From Octopus sinensis (lineage: Eukaryota): a stretch of DNA of 64,000 nt. The stretch spans positions 13,144,001 through 13,208,000 of the forward strand of contig NC_043023.1 in the NCBI RefSeq assembly GCF_006345805.1, given 5' to 3'. A program made the position numbers and the translations under genes. Under the pieces are notes generated by a model. It made no database searches, was not told where the DNA came from, and saw only the letters and a list, made by a program, of their open reading frames with translations. Below are positions 21,640 through 34,189 of this stretch, in pieces; position 1 is the first letter of the stretch; the number at the start of each line of letters is the position of its first letter.

Positions 21640-21810
21640 TAGAGCCATCTCGGGGAGAATCGGATAAATTTAATCGTATAAAGGTGAATACCTTTTTACA
21701 GCTGTGGAAAATTTAAATATTCATGGTGGTTTAATTTCGGGCACTGATGCGTAAGAATACGGTAAGTTGACAAAGATTTATTTTAAGATTGTAATGATAA
21801 AAAGATAGAT
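21640..21810 (+). promoter_or_regulatory. Diverged upstream module with donor, gene D
   Basis: GAGCCATCTCGGGGAGAAT...AATACG|GTAAGT (GT 21762), 1.18 kb upstream of the acceptor at 22940-22941. Confidence 0.45.
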
Positions 21811-22419
21811 AAATAATAAGGTAGTTTCCTATTTGATGCCCGTAAAATCATAGCGATCCAACAAGTTTATTTTAATAAAACATTTCATTAATTATAAGTG
21901 GAACACACTACGAACAATGAATGAAAGGTGAGGGAAAATGTTTGAGTTATTTTGAATAGAGTTTCGCCCTGGACATATTTGAGAATTGTTCAACAATCCC
22001 CGGCGATGACACAAAGCAATACAAGTCGCTGGATCTGAGAAGGATCGAACCAGTATCGTAATTGTATCGCTTTCATTGATGATCTGTAAGTATTTCGTTG
22101 GAATTCACAATACAACGGGGAACAGCAGGTTGTTGCCGCAAGACATGCTAATCGAAATGAAATGAAATTTAGACTAAAACAAATTTAATTTTACGGACAT
22201 CAAATAGGAAATGACCAATAATAATGTTGAATAGGAAAATCTGTTTCCTTGTCTTTGACAAATACTTCCAAATCGAAAAGTTGAAAGCCTATTTTTGATG
22301 TTACATATGATGTACATTAATTTAAATGGTTTGTGTTAATATACAGTGGCGTAATTGATAAGTAAAATGAGAGGAAAGCCAGTGAAAAATATATTGATTG
22401 GATAATTTACAATTTAAGA

Positions 22420-22543
<124 letters not shown>

Positions 22544-23641
22544 CTGTATTTTGTTGTCTGTATTTTTGTGCTTTATAATCTAACACACTTACCGATAAAA
22601 TTTCCATTTATTTCTTATTTTTATTTTCCTTTTGAAAAGGTTGCGAGACGCAACGGAAATTTTAGGAAAATAAAAATAAGAAATAAGTGGAAATTTTACC
22701 GGTGAGTGTGTTACATTATAAGGCACAAAAAAAAAAGAAAATGACTCTCCCCAGACACAACAGAATATGCTTCAACACACGAACTCATGTAAAGAATCTT
22801 GCAAACCAAATCCGAAAACGAAATGTATTTCGTTGTAATTCACAATAAAACAGTGTTGATGTTGTAAGATTTGCAATGTTGAATTGCTATGTCATTTAAC
22901 TATTCTCTTTATCTCACTGCTTCTTTTTTTTTCTATTTCAGAATATAGCATCCTGTTGACATAAAAGAAATTACTTCATTCAGATGTGCCTCTGATATTT
23001 TTATGAACTTTCACCAACGAATGGAAGATGATATATTTATAAGGAGCATTCATTAATACATCAACCTCTTTATATAAATACGAGCAAAACTGCCTCCCCC
23101 CACACACACACCGTTCAATGGACGGTGCTGAGTTGTCAAACATTTAAACCAAATTTTCTCAAAACAACTTGTCCGACCGTCCCATAGGCCTCCCCTTTGA
23201 GAAACACTGATTTAACCTAAATTTCAGACTCCGTGCATTTTTCTCACGTACGCGTAGTATTGATCGCAACGCGCGTTTCCACGGCTTTATCGATCGCATT
23301 CTCACCTGGAGTCGATTCTTGTAATTTTTTCAAGACTTACACATGCCCTGATACCATCGGTATCTACATATCAAATTTGAGCGCAATTGGATGGAGGATG
23401 CCCGAGATCCTACAAGACACACAGACAGACAGAATGGATTTTATATAATAGATAACCTATGAAAAGAGCAGGAATATATTTCTTCTGAATAATAGAATTG
23501 ACAGCAACATCACTTTACAGGTTAATTAAGCTTGGATAACTTTCCAAAGGAGTTGACAGTTTATATTGGCTGTTTTAAATATGAAATAAGATCACGGGTG
23601 AAAGAAACATAGCATCGAATTACAAGTATTCTCTGAAAATA

Positions 23642-24706
23642 GTGACACAACAGCAGATATTTATAGAACATATTCATAGAAATGGAAAAACCACGATCAC
23701 TATGATATGTATGACAAATTATTCTCTCATAATGAATAAATTAACTGCAAGAAAAAATATTGATACAGGAGAGCAACCATATCAGTGTGATATCTGTGGT
23801 AAATCATTTTCTGAAAATAGCGTTTTAACTAGTCACAAACGTATTCATACAGGTGAGAAGCCATATCATTGTGATATCTGTGGTACATCATTTTCTCAAA
23901 ATTGTCACTTGACTAAACACAAACATACACATACAGGTGAGAAGCCATATCGTTGTGATACCTGTGGTAAATCATTCTCTCAAAGTGGTAACTTAACTAG
24001 ACATAGACGTACACATACAGGAGAAAAGCCATATCTTTGCAATACCTGCGGGAAATCATTCTCTGAAGATGGGCACTTGAAAATACACAAATGTATTCAT
24101 ACAGGTGAGAAACCATATCATTGTGATATCTGTGGTAAATCATTCTCTCAAAAGAGTGTCGTGACTAAACACAAACGTACACATACAGGAGAGACACCAT
24201 ATCAGTGTGATATCTGTGGTAAATCATTCTCTGAATCTAATAACTTGAAAGCACACAAACGTATTCATACAGGTGAGAAGCCATATCATTGTGATACCTG
24301 TGGTAAATCATTCTCTTGTAACAGCAATTTAACTAGTCACAAACTTATTCATACAGGAGAGAAACCTTATCATTGTAATATCTGTGGTAAATCTTTCATT
24401 AGACATAGCGAATTAACTACACATAAGCGAGTTCATACTAGAGAAAAGCCGTACCAGTGCAACATCTGTGGTGAATCTTTCTCCTATAGAGCTAGTATAT
24501 CTATACATAAGCGTATTCATACAGGAGAGAAGCCATATCATTGTGATATCTGCAGTAAATCATTCTCTTATAGAGCTAGCCTAACAATACATAAGCGTGT
24601 TCATACTGGAGAGAAACCATACCAGTGTGATATTTGTAGTAAATCATTCTCTCAAAGTAGTGACCTAACTAGACACCAGCACATTCATACAGGAGGGAAG
24701 CCATAA
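23642..24706 (+). CDS. C2H2 zinc-finger protein D (11 fingers)
   Basis: 354-aa ORF; first ATG 23702; acceptor 22940-22941; premature TAA (from TAT) before a 12th, SINE-split finger. Confidence 0.92.
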   Translation: MTQQQIFIEHIHRNGKTTITMICMTNYSLIMNKLTARKNIDTGEQPYQCDICGKSFSENSVLTSHKRIHTGEKPYHCDICGTSFSQNCHLTKHKHTHTGEKPYRCDTCGKSFSQSGNLTRHRRTHTGEKPYLCNTCGKSFSEDGHLKIHKCIHTGEKPYHCDICGKSFSQKSVVTKHKRTHTGETPYQCDICGKSFSESNNLKAHKRIHTGEKPYHCDTCGKSFSCNSNLTSHKLIHTGEKPYHCNICGKSFIRHSELTTHKRVHTREKPYQCNICGESFSYRASISIHKRIHTGEKPYHCDICSKSFSYRASLTIHKRVHTGEKPYQCDICSKSFSQSSDLTRHQHIHTGGKP

Positions 24707-24758
24707 CTTTGTGATATCTGTGGTAAATCATTCTCTCAAAAAGGCCACTTGACTATAC

Positions 24759-26660
24759 CTATTTCTTTACTACCTACAAGGGGCTAAACACAGAGAGGAC
24801 AAACAAAGTTGATTATATCGACCCCAGTGCAAAACTGGTACTTTATTTATCGACCATGAAAGGATGAAAGGCAAAGTCGACCTCGGTGGAATTTGAACTC
24901 AGAACGTAACGGCAGACAAAATACCTATTTCTTTACTACCCACAAGGGGCTAAACACAGAGAGGACAAACAAATGGATTAAGTCGATTACATCGACCCCA
25001 GTGCAAAACTGGTACTTTATTTATCGATCCTGAAAGGATGAAAGGCAAAGTCGACCCCGGCGGAGTTTGAACTCAGTATGTAACGACAGACGAAATACCT
25101 ATTTCTTTACTACCGACAAGGGGCTAAACACAAACGGCACAAGAAGGACAGACAAACGGATTAAGTCGATTACATCGACCCCAGTGCAAAACTGGTACTT
25201 ATTTAATCGACCCCGAAAGGATGAAAGGCAAAGTCGACTTCGGCGGAATTTGAACTCAGAACGTAATGGCAGACGAAATACCTATTTCTTTACTACCCAC
25301 AAGGGGCTAAACACACAGAGGACAAACAAGGACAGACAAATAGATTAAGAAATACCTATTTCTTTACTACCCACAAGGGGCTAAACACAGAGAGGACAAA
25401 TAAGGACAGACAAACGGAATAAATCGATTATATCGTCCCCAGTGCATAACTGGTACTTATTTAATCGACCCCTGAAAGGTAAAGTCGACCTCGGTGGAAT
25501 TTGAACTCAGGACGTAATGGCAGACGAAATACCTATTTCTTTACTACCCACAAAGGGCTAAACACAGAGAGGACAGACAAACGGATTAAGTCGATTATAT
25601 CGACCCCAGTGCAAAACTGGTACTTATTTAATCGACCCCCGAAAGGATGAAAGGCAAAGTCGACCTCGGCGGAATTTAAACTCAGAGAGTAACGGCAGAC
25701 GAAATACCTATTTCTTTACTACCCACGAGGCGCTGAACACAGAGGGGACAAACAAGGACAGACAAACGGATTAAGTCGATTATATCGACTCCAGTGCATA
25801 ACTGCTACTTATTTAATCGACCCATAAAGGATGAAAGGCAAAGTCGACCTTGGCGGAATTTGAACTTAGAGAGTAACGGCAGACGAAATACCTATTTCTT
25901 TACTACCCACAAAGAGCTAAACACAGAGTGGACAGACAAACGGATTAAGTCGATTATATCGACCCCAGTGTGAAACTGGTACTTATTTAATCGACCCAAA
26001 AAGGATGAAAGGCAAAGTCGACCTCGGCGGAATTTGAACTCAGAGAGTAACGGCAGACGAAATACCTATTTCTTTACTACCCACAAGGGGCTAAACATAG
26101 AGGGGATAAATAAGGACGGACAAACGGATTAAGTCTATTACATCGACCCCTGTGCAAAACTGGTACTTATTTAATTGACCCCAAAAGGATGAAAAGCAAA
26201 GTCGACCTCGGTGGAATTTGAACTCAGAACGTAGCAACAGACGAAATACCTATATCTTTACTACCCACAAGGGGCTAAACATAGAGGGGACAAGCAAGGA
26301 CAGCCAAACGGATTAAGTCGATTATATCGACCCCAGTGCATAACTGGTACTTATTTTATCGACCCCGAAAGGATGAAAGGCAAAGTAGACCTTGGCAGAA
26401 TTTGAACTCAGAATGTAATGACAGACGAAATACCTATTTCTTTACTACCCACAAGGGGCTAAACACAGAGGGGATAAACAAGGACAGACAAACGGATTAA
26501 GTCGATTACATCGACCCCAGTGCAAAACTGGTACTTTATTTATCGACCCCGAAAGGATGAAAGGCAAAGTCGACCTTGGCGGAATTTGAACTCAGAACGT
26601 AGCGGCAGATGAAATATGGCTACGCATTTCGCCCGGCGTGCTAACGATTCTGCCAGCTCG
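24759..26660 (-). mobile_element. SINE family 2 concatemer (~11 units of ~165-185 bp, single tRNA-like head) with 13-bp TSD
   Basis: CACTTGACTATAC at 24746-24758 and 26661-26673. Units start CCTATTTCTTTACTACCCACAAG at ~24758, 24924, 25098, 25281, 25354, 25532, 25706, 25890, 26064, 26249 and 26432. Confidence 0.9.
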
Positions 26661-26814
26661 CACTTGACTATACATGTGAGTATTCACACACAAGCGTGAC
26701 TATTTTGTCTGCAAAAGGCAGTTTTATTTTCTCATCAGATTTGACGTTATCAACATCAAATTCAGCAATGTCATCCGGAACGTTGTATAACTATGGAAAT
26801 ATATCAACACAGCA

Positions 26815-27430
26815 ATGTGGAGGCACATGGCTTAGTGGTTAGAGCAGCGGACTCACAGTCAAGGGATCGCGTGTTCGAATCTCAGACCGGGCGATGTGTG
26901 TGTTTATGAGCAAAACACCTAAGTTGAAGGTAATGGCAAAACTTCTGCTGACTCTTTTGCCATAACTTTCTCTCACTCTTTCCTCCTGCATCTTGCAGCT
27001 CATCTGCGATGGAACGGTGTCCTGTCCAGATGGGGAACCTATATGCCAAGGAAACCGTGAAACCGGACCTTATGAGCCAGGCATGGCTCGAGAAGGAACA
27101 AACAACATTGATTTCTAAAGATAACTGTGCTGGATTTTTGAAGAATTTATTATGAGATGATTAAGAAATGGCAATAAACAACGAAAAATTAAATTGTTGT
27201 TAGTTTTGTCTATCTTGTGGAGGCGTGTGTCTTAGTGGTTAGGGTGTCAACACCATGATTGTAAGATTGTGGTTTCGATTCCTGGACCGGTTGACGCGTT
27301 GTGTTCTTGAGCAAAACACTTCATTTTACGTTGCTCCAGTCCATTCAGCTGGCAAAAATGAGTAACGCTGCGATGGATTGGCGTCCCGTCCAGCTGGGGA
27401 ACACATACGCCATAGAAACCAGGAAACTGG
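26815..27430 (+). mobile_element. Two further tRNA-derived SINEs interrupting the 3' element of D
   Basis: A/B-box-like TGGCTTAGTGG..GTTCGAATC (26830-26882) and TAGTGGTT..GGTTTCGATTCC (27233-27281); related copy at 60585-60890. Confidence 0.7.
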
Positions 27431-27699
27431 TGAAGAAAAAAAGGTACCCCTCCCCCCACCCCTAACCCTAAAACAGATTGAAATGCAATAGATCGATACT
27501 AGGGTCATAATTATGGGTGACAATTTCATATGAGACTGCTAGTAAAAACTGCCGTTCAAAATGAAAAGATCTGACGAAGACACTTGCCCAACTTACCACA
27601 GAGGGGGATTGAACCTGGAAGGATATTGTTGCTAAGCAAGGAACATACAACACAGCCACTCCTGCGCTTGATATGGTGCATCCGCAGAGAATATATGCA

Positions 27700-28122
27700 T
27701 GCATACATACACACATATATACATACATACACACACAAATACATACATACATAGATACATACATACATATACAAATACATACATACACACAAATACATAC
27801 ATGCATGCATACATACATACATATATTCATACATACAAACACATACATACATACATATACCCATACATACACACATACATACATATATATACATACATAC
27901 ATGCATTCATACACACATAATTACGCATACATTCGTATATACACACATATATACATACACACATACATACATGCATTCATACACACATAATTACCAACCA
28001 CATGGTTCCGGGTTCAGTCCCACTGCGTGGCACCTTGGGCAAGTGTCTTCTACTATAGCCCCGGGCCGACCAAAGCCTTGTGAGTGGATTTGGTAGACGG
28101 AAACTGAAAGAAGCCCGTCGTA

Positions 28123-28164
<42 letters not shown>

Positions 28165-28570
28165 TGCGTGTGTTTGTGTGTCTGTTTGTCCCCCTAGCAT
28201 CGCTTGACAACCGATGCTGGTGTGTTTATGTCCCCGTTACTTAGCGGTTCGGCAAAAGAGACCGATAGAATAAGTACTGGGCTTACAAAAGAATAAGTCC
28301 CGGGGTCGATTTGCTCGACAAAAAGTGGTGCTCCAGCATGGCCGCAGTCAAATGACTGAAACAAGTAAAAGGGAGATACATATATACATACATACACACA
28401 CATACATATACCCATACATACATACACACATACATACATATATATATACATACATACATGCATTCATACACACATAATTACGCATACATTAATATATACA
28501 CACATACATATATACATACATACACATATACATACATGCATTCATACATATATATATACATACATACGCG
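27700..28570. repeat. (CATA)n/(TA)n low-complexity tracts flanking a composite SINE
   Basis: Direct inspection. Confidence 0.9.
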
Positions 28571-28584
28571 CATCAACAAGTTAG

Positions 28585-28910
28585 TCCCGCCATCTATAGG
28601 AGAATTAAAGAAATACAACACTAAGGGAAATAACCTCTACAACACTTCAACCAAGTAAATTCTTAATTAAGGTGCTTAATTACTGCTTCACTGACTCGTT
28701 CCTTATTTGTGAATACGGTAAGTTGATAAAGATTTACTTTAAGGCTGTAATAGTGATGATAATACTAATAATAAGGTAAATAATAGAATTCTGTGAATTT
28801 CTCGATGTTACAGTAATTATTTAGAAATGAAAACATAACATTAGGTTAATTTATTTCCTCGTCTTAATTAATATCTTGATTATGATCGACCGATACGTGT
28901 TATATGAAGG
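28585..28910 (+). promoter_or_regulatory. Upstream module with donor, gene E
   Basis: CGCCATCTATAGGAG...GAATACG|GTAAGT (GT 28718); acceptor at 30730-30731. Confidence 0.5.
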
Positions 28911-28916
28911 AAATAT

Positions 28917-29348
28917 GGCGATATTTCGTCTCTAGTAGACCTTTCCGTCGATTTCCGTAAAAAATTTTTTTTTTTACATATGGGCTTGCGGGAACTTTTG
29001 AAGTAATATACATACATATACACATACACCGAGTAAAAAATTTCAGTTATCTCTTTCTTTCACACATTACTCTGTCTCTTCACACACACTAACAGAAGCA
29101 CTTCACTTACACAACATACTGTCTGTCTCCCACACCCCATCAAACACACACACACACACACACACATACACATGTCCATCAATGCTTCCCATGTACGGTA
29201 ACTTCAAAAGAACTTCCCTCGTCATACAATCGCTTTCTCTTAGTCTCTTTCGCTCTCATTACTTCAAAAGTTCCCGCAAGCCCATATGTAAAAAAAAAAT
29301 TTTTTTACGGAAATCGACGGAAAGGTCTACTAGAGACGAAAGATTGCC
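28917..29348. mobile_element. MITE with ~90-bp TIRs (same family as 6422-6828)
   Basis: TIRs align in reverse complement; flanks GGAAATAT / GGAAATTA resemble an imperfect 8-bp TSD. Confidence 0.75.
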
Positions 29349-29495
29349 GGAAATTAGACTAAAATGTCGTGTGACAAGTTTGGTAGGCTTCAACTAACAC
29401 CATCTCCTCCGAGACCCTGCGGCGCAATTTGACCAAAATTGAGAGTATGATAGAAGGCTTGCTCTTCATTCCGTAGAAGAAAAAATTCAGATCAG

Positions 29496-29885
29496 GGTAC
29501 TACTAGCGAACAGTGGTCCCGGGGCGCGCAGTCGCGCATCGGCGCTAGCTCGTCGTAAGTAGTCGATCCTACAATGACTACCTAGCAAAGTAAATAATAT
29601 TTTTACAAAATTAAATAATTTTCGTTAAAGTAAATAAAACACCGGGTCCAGTCTTCGCTAGTAGTACCGTCCCGGTGCGCGCATCCGCGCTAGCTAGTCG
29701 TGATTAGTCGATCCTACAACAAAGTACCGTACCTAACAAAGTAAATAAAACACAAAATAAATTATTTTTTTTACACAAAGTAAACAATTTTTTAAACAAA
29801 GTAAATAACAAAAACACAGAGTAAGGATCGACTAGTCATGACTAGCAGACAACGCGCACCGGGACCACTGTTCGCTCGTAGTACC
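29496..29885. mobile_element. CpG-rich MITE with 27-bp TIRs GGTACTACTAGCGAACAGTGGTCCCGG
   Basis: Left TIR 29496-29522, right TIR 29859-29885 with one mismatch; related pieces at 20690-20780 and 21270-21350. Confidence 0.7.
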
Positions 29886-31097
29886 GTAGGGAAATACGTA
29901 GTAAATATGGAGATTGTTTCAAAAAACAAACAAGAAAATTACCTGAACTCTTATCCTGATTCTACTGCCTTGAAGCAGGTTATTCACATGCTAGAAATAA
30001 CAGCCAAATCTCACACAAACTTTGTTTCCTTTTAATTTTCAGAAAAATTGATATTTTTTTAATAAAGTTTTCGACATATACACTGCGATAAACTAATGAT
30101 AAAAATATGTAATCAATCTACTATCTATACGCACAAACACATACATGCATATATACATATATATATATATATAAACATATACATATATTTTTTCTTGGCT
30201 TTATTGAGAAAATTCTATGGTTTGTAAGATATTTGTTGTTTTTTTTTCTTCAATTTCTGCAATTTCAATCAATCAATGACGTCTATTGAGGTGAAAAAAT
30301 TCTGTGCCGTGTGAATATGTCCCTCGTTTAAGAAACAGATTGAGTTTATTTACATTTGTGAAGGAAAAAAAAAGATACCCTTTCCCCCACCCTAACCCTA
30401 GCTCTCACCCTAAATCTAAAATAATTGAAATGCAATAGATCGATACTAGGGTCATAATTATGGGTGACAATTTCATATGACATCGCTCGAAAAACTGCCG
30501 TTCAAACCGAAAGGATCTCAAAGATGGATTTTTCTGAAGGGTGCAAGGAATGAAATTTAGACTGTAACACTTGTTTAGGCATGCCAGTCTTTCAACACCT
30601 CAGAGGATTCTGACCCATGTGAAAATAGGCATTAAATGGATGACAGTGATGATGCAGTAATATTTGCTATGTTGAATTACTATATCATTTATCTTATAGT
30701 CTTTATCTCACTGCTTCTTTTCTTATTTCAGAATATCCCACCTTGTTAATGTCAAAGAAATTTCTTCATTGAGATCTACCTTTGATAGTTTTATCAACTA
30801 AAGGAAGACGATATATTTATAAGGAGCCTTCATCAATACATCAATCTCTTTATATAAATAATATCTATGACAAACTACGGCGAAATATTTTTCTTGTCTT
30901 CACTGTCTGGAATGTAGAGGAGGTGATTGCTTTACAAGTTTGGATAACTTTACGAAGGACTTGACAGTTTTCACCTGCTAATTTAGATATTAAGTAAGAT
31001 CACAGCTGAAAAACATAGCATTAAATTATTCCCTGAAAATACTAACTGAACTGAACACACACATATTCATAGAAAAGAAAAAAAACGAAATATCTTT

Positions 31098-32516
31098 GTG
31101 ATATGGAGAACAAATTATTCTTTCAGAATGAATAATTTAATAAAATCTGAAAACCCTGATACAAAAGAGAAACCATATTCCTGTGATGTCTGTGGAAAAT
31201 CATTCTCTCGAAGAAGCCACTTGCCTATTCACATACGTACACATACAGGAGAGAAACCATGTCATTGTGAAATCTGTGGATCATCATTCTCTTGTAATAG
31301 TCATTTGAATAGTCACAGACGTCGTCATACTGGGGAAAAACCATATCACTGTGATATATGCGATAAGTCATTTACTGGAAATAGTGCTTTAACTAGACAC
31401 AAACGCATTCATACGGGTGAGAAGCCATATCAATGTAATATCTGTGGTAATTCATTTTCTAGAAGTAGTCATTTGATTAGTCACAGACGTGTTCATACTG
31501 GTGAAAAACCATATCTCTGTGATATCTGTGGTAGATCATTTTCTGAAAGTAGTACTTTAACTAGTCATAAGCGTGTTCATACAGGCGAGAAACCATATCA
31601 TTGTGATACCTGTGGTAAATCATTCACTGAAAATGGTCACTTGACTAAACACAAACTGCTTCATACGGGACAGCAACCATATCACTGTGATACCTGTGGT
31701 AAATCAGTCTCTGAAATGGGTGACTTGACTAAACACCAGTGCATTCATACAGGGGAGAAGCCATATCATTGTGATATTTGTGGTAAATCATTTTCTGAAA
31801 ATAACAGATTAACTAGTCACAAACGCATTCATTCTGGAGATAGGCCATATCATTGTAATATCTGTGGTAAATCATTCACTGCAAACAGTCATTTGACTAA
31901 ACACAAGCGTGTTCATACTGGAGAGAAACCATATAATTGTGATATCTGTGGCAAATCATTCACTGAAAGAGGTGTCCTAACTAAACACCAGCGTATTCAT
32001 ACAGGAGAGAGGCCATATCACTGTAATATCTGTGGTGAGTCGTTTTCTAATGCCAGTTACTTGAAAAGGCACAAACGTATTCATACAGGAGAGAAGCCAT
32101 ATCATTGTGATATCTGTGGTAAATCGTTCTCTGAAAATTATAGTTTGACAAGACACAAATACATTCATTCTGGGAAAAAACCATATCAATGTGATATTTG
32201 TGATAAATTATTCTCTCAGGGTAGTGACCTAACTAATCACCAGCGCGTTCACTCTGGAGAAAAACCATATGATTGTGATATCTGTGGTAAATCATTCTCT
32301 TGTAGTAGCCACTTGTCTAATCATAAACGTATTCATACAGGAGAGAAGCCATATCACTGTGACATTTGTGGTAAATCATTCACTGCAAACAGTGACTTGA
32401 CTAAACACAAGCGCGTTCATACAGGTGAGAAGCCATATCAGTGTGATGTCTGTGGTAAATCATTCTCTCAAAAATCCCACCTAAGTACACATGTGAGTGT
32501 TCACACACAGGTGTGA
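31098..32516 (+). CDS. C2H2 zinc-finger protein E (16 fingers)
   Basis: 472-aa ORF; first ATG 31128; ends HVSVHTQV*. Confidence 0.95.
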   Translation: MIWRTNYSFRMNNLIKSENPDTKEKPYSCDVCGKSFSRRSHLPIHIRTHTGEKPCHCEICGSSFSCNSHLNSHRRRHTGEKPYHCDICDKSFTGNSALTRHKRIHTGEKPYQCNICGNSFSRSSHLISHRRVHTGEKPYLCDICGRSFSESSTLTSHKRVHTGEKPYHCDTCGKSFTENGHLTKHKLLHTGQQPYHCDTCGKSVSEMGDLTKHQCIHTGEKPYHCDICGKSFSENNRLTSHKRIHSGDRPYHCNICGKSFTANSHLTKHKRVHTGEKPYNCDICGKSFTERGVLTKHQRIHTGERPYHCNICGESFSNASYLKRHKRIHTGEKPYHCDICGKSFSENYSLTRHKYIHSGKKPYQCDICDKLFSQGSDLTNHQRVHSGEKPYDCDICGKSFSCSSHLSNHKRIHTGEKPYHCDICGKSFTANSDLTKHKRVHTGEKPYQCDVCGKSFSQKSHLSTHVSVHTQV

Positions 32517-32709
32517 CCCTATCAGTATGATAATTTATTAAAACTCAACAGCAATTACTAATATTCTTTTCTGCTAAGAGGCAGGTTTTCTTCTCTCTTC
32601 AAATTTCATATTATAAACCTGAATCTTCATCAATATCTACATCAAATTCTTGAATATCAACCTGAATTCCGTGTATATATGGAAATACATCAACACAACA
32701 ATGCCTTTG

Positions 32710-33004
32710 AGGTGTCTTAACTAGATATCAGCTTATTCATACAGGGGAGACGCCTTATCAGTGTGATGTCTGTGGTAAATCATTCTCTGAAAGAGGTGTC
32801 TTAACTAGACACCAGCCTATTCATACAGGGGAGAAGCCACATCAGTGTGATGTCTGTGGTAAATCATTCTCTGAAAGAGGTGTCTTAACTAGACACCAGC
32901 CTATTCATACAGGGGAGAAGCCTTATCAGTGTGATATCTGTGGTAAATCATTCTCAAAACAATCCTACTTCAATAAACATATGAGTATTCACACACAAGT
33001 GTGA
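32710..33004 (+). pseudogene. Orphan finger segment (3 complete fingers plus a half) followed by a second 3' element
   Basis: [12 protein letters not shown] fingers and a terminal HMSIHTQV*; no start codon and a TGA immediately upstream in frame. Confidence 0.85.
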
Positions 33005-34189
33005 CTATATAAGTATTAAAATTTATTATACCATGCCTCAAATTACATCTAGTTTTTCTGCAAAGAGACAGGGATTTTTTTTATCTCTTCAATTTTCATG
33101 GTATCAACTTCAATTTCATCAATGTCAACATCAAATTCAGCAAAGACTTTGATTTCTGAAGATGGTCATGATGGATTTTTGAGGAATTTGTTATGAGAAA
33201 ATAAAGAAATGGGAATAAGGAATAAAAACTGAATCAAACTGAAATTGGTTTTATCTATGTTGTGCTTTCATCATCATCATCATCTCTTAGCAATAATTTT
33301 TCTTTATATGCTGTCATGTGTGGCACAGTGTGACATGAGCTGGCAACCCATAATGCTGCACGAGGTTCCAGTCTGATTTGTTTGGGTTTCTTTGGGTGTA
33401 TTCTCCTTATGCTAACCAGTTTACAGTTTGTGCTGTGTGCTTTATATCATCATCATTATCGTTTAACATCTGCTTTCCATGCTAGCATGGGTTGGACGAT
33501 TTGACTGAGGACTGGTGAATCAAATGGCTGCACCAGGCTCCAGTCTGATCTGGCAGATATTCTACAGCTGGATGCCCTTCCTAATGCCAACCACTCCGAG
33601 AGTGTTGTGGGTCCTTTTACGTGTCACCGGCATGAGGACCAGTCAAGCGGCACTGGCAATGACCTTGCTTGAATACTTTTTCGCATGCCACCGATACAAG
33701 TTCCAGTAAGGCAACGCCGGTAATGATCACGCTCGAATGGTGCTTTTTACCTGCCACACAGCATATATATATATATATATTTCTTTACTACCCACAAGGG
33801 GCTAAACAGAGGGGATAAACAAGGACAGACAAAGGAATTAAGTCGATTTTAAGCAAATGATTTTAGCATATATATATATATATATATATATTTCTTTACT
33901 ACCTACAATGAGCTAAACATAGAGGGGACAAACAAGGACAGACAAACGAATTAAGTCGATATTAAGCAAATGAATTAAGTCGAATTAAGCAAATGATTTT
34001 AGCTCAATAGAGGCCATTGATTGGTTAAAATTCGAAAAATTAAACTACGTTAAACTTACAAATTACAATTTTCTCAAGAAAGCCAAGAGAAAAAAATGTT
34101 TTATTTTGACACATTCTAACAGTATACGAAGTTTAAAAGTGATTAGTTAAATAGAAATTGTGTTGAAAACTGCCGTTGAAAAGGAAAAG

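Noticed and set aside
24759-26660. Regular array resembling CRISPR
   Set aside because: Units are whole SINE bodies with no unique spacers; no cas genes; eukaryotic context.
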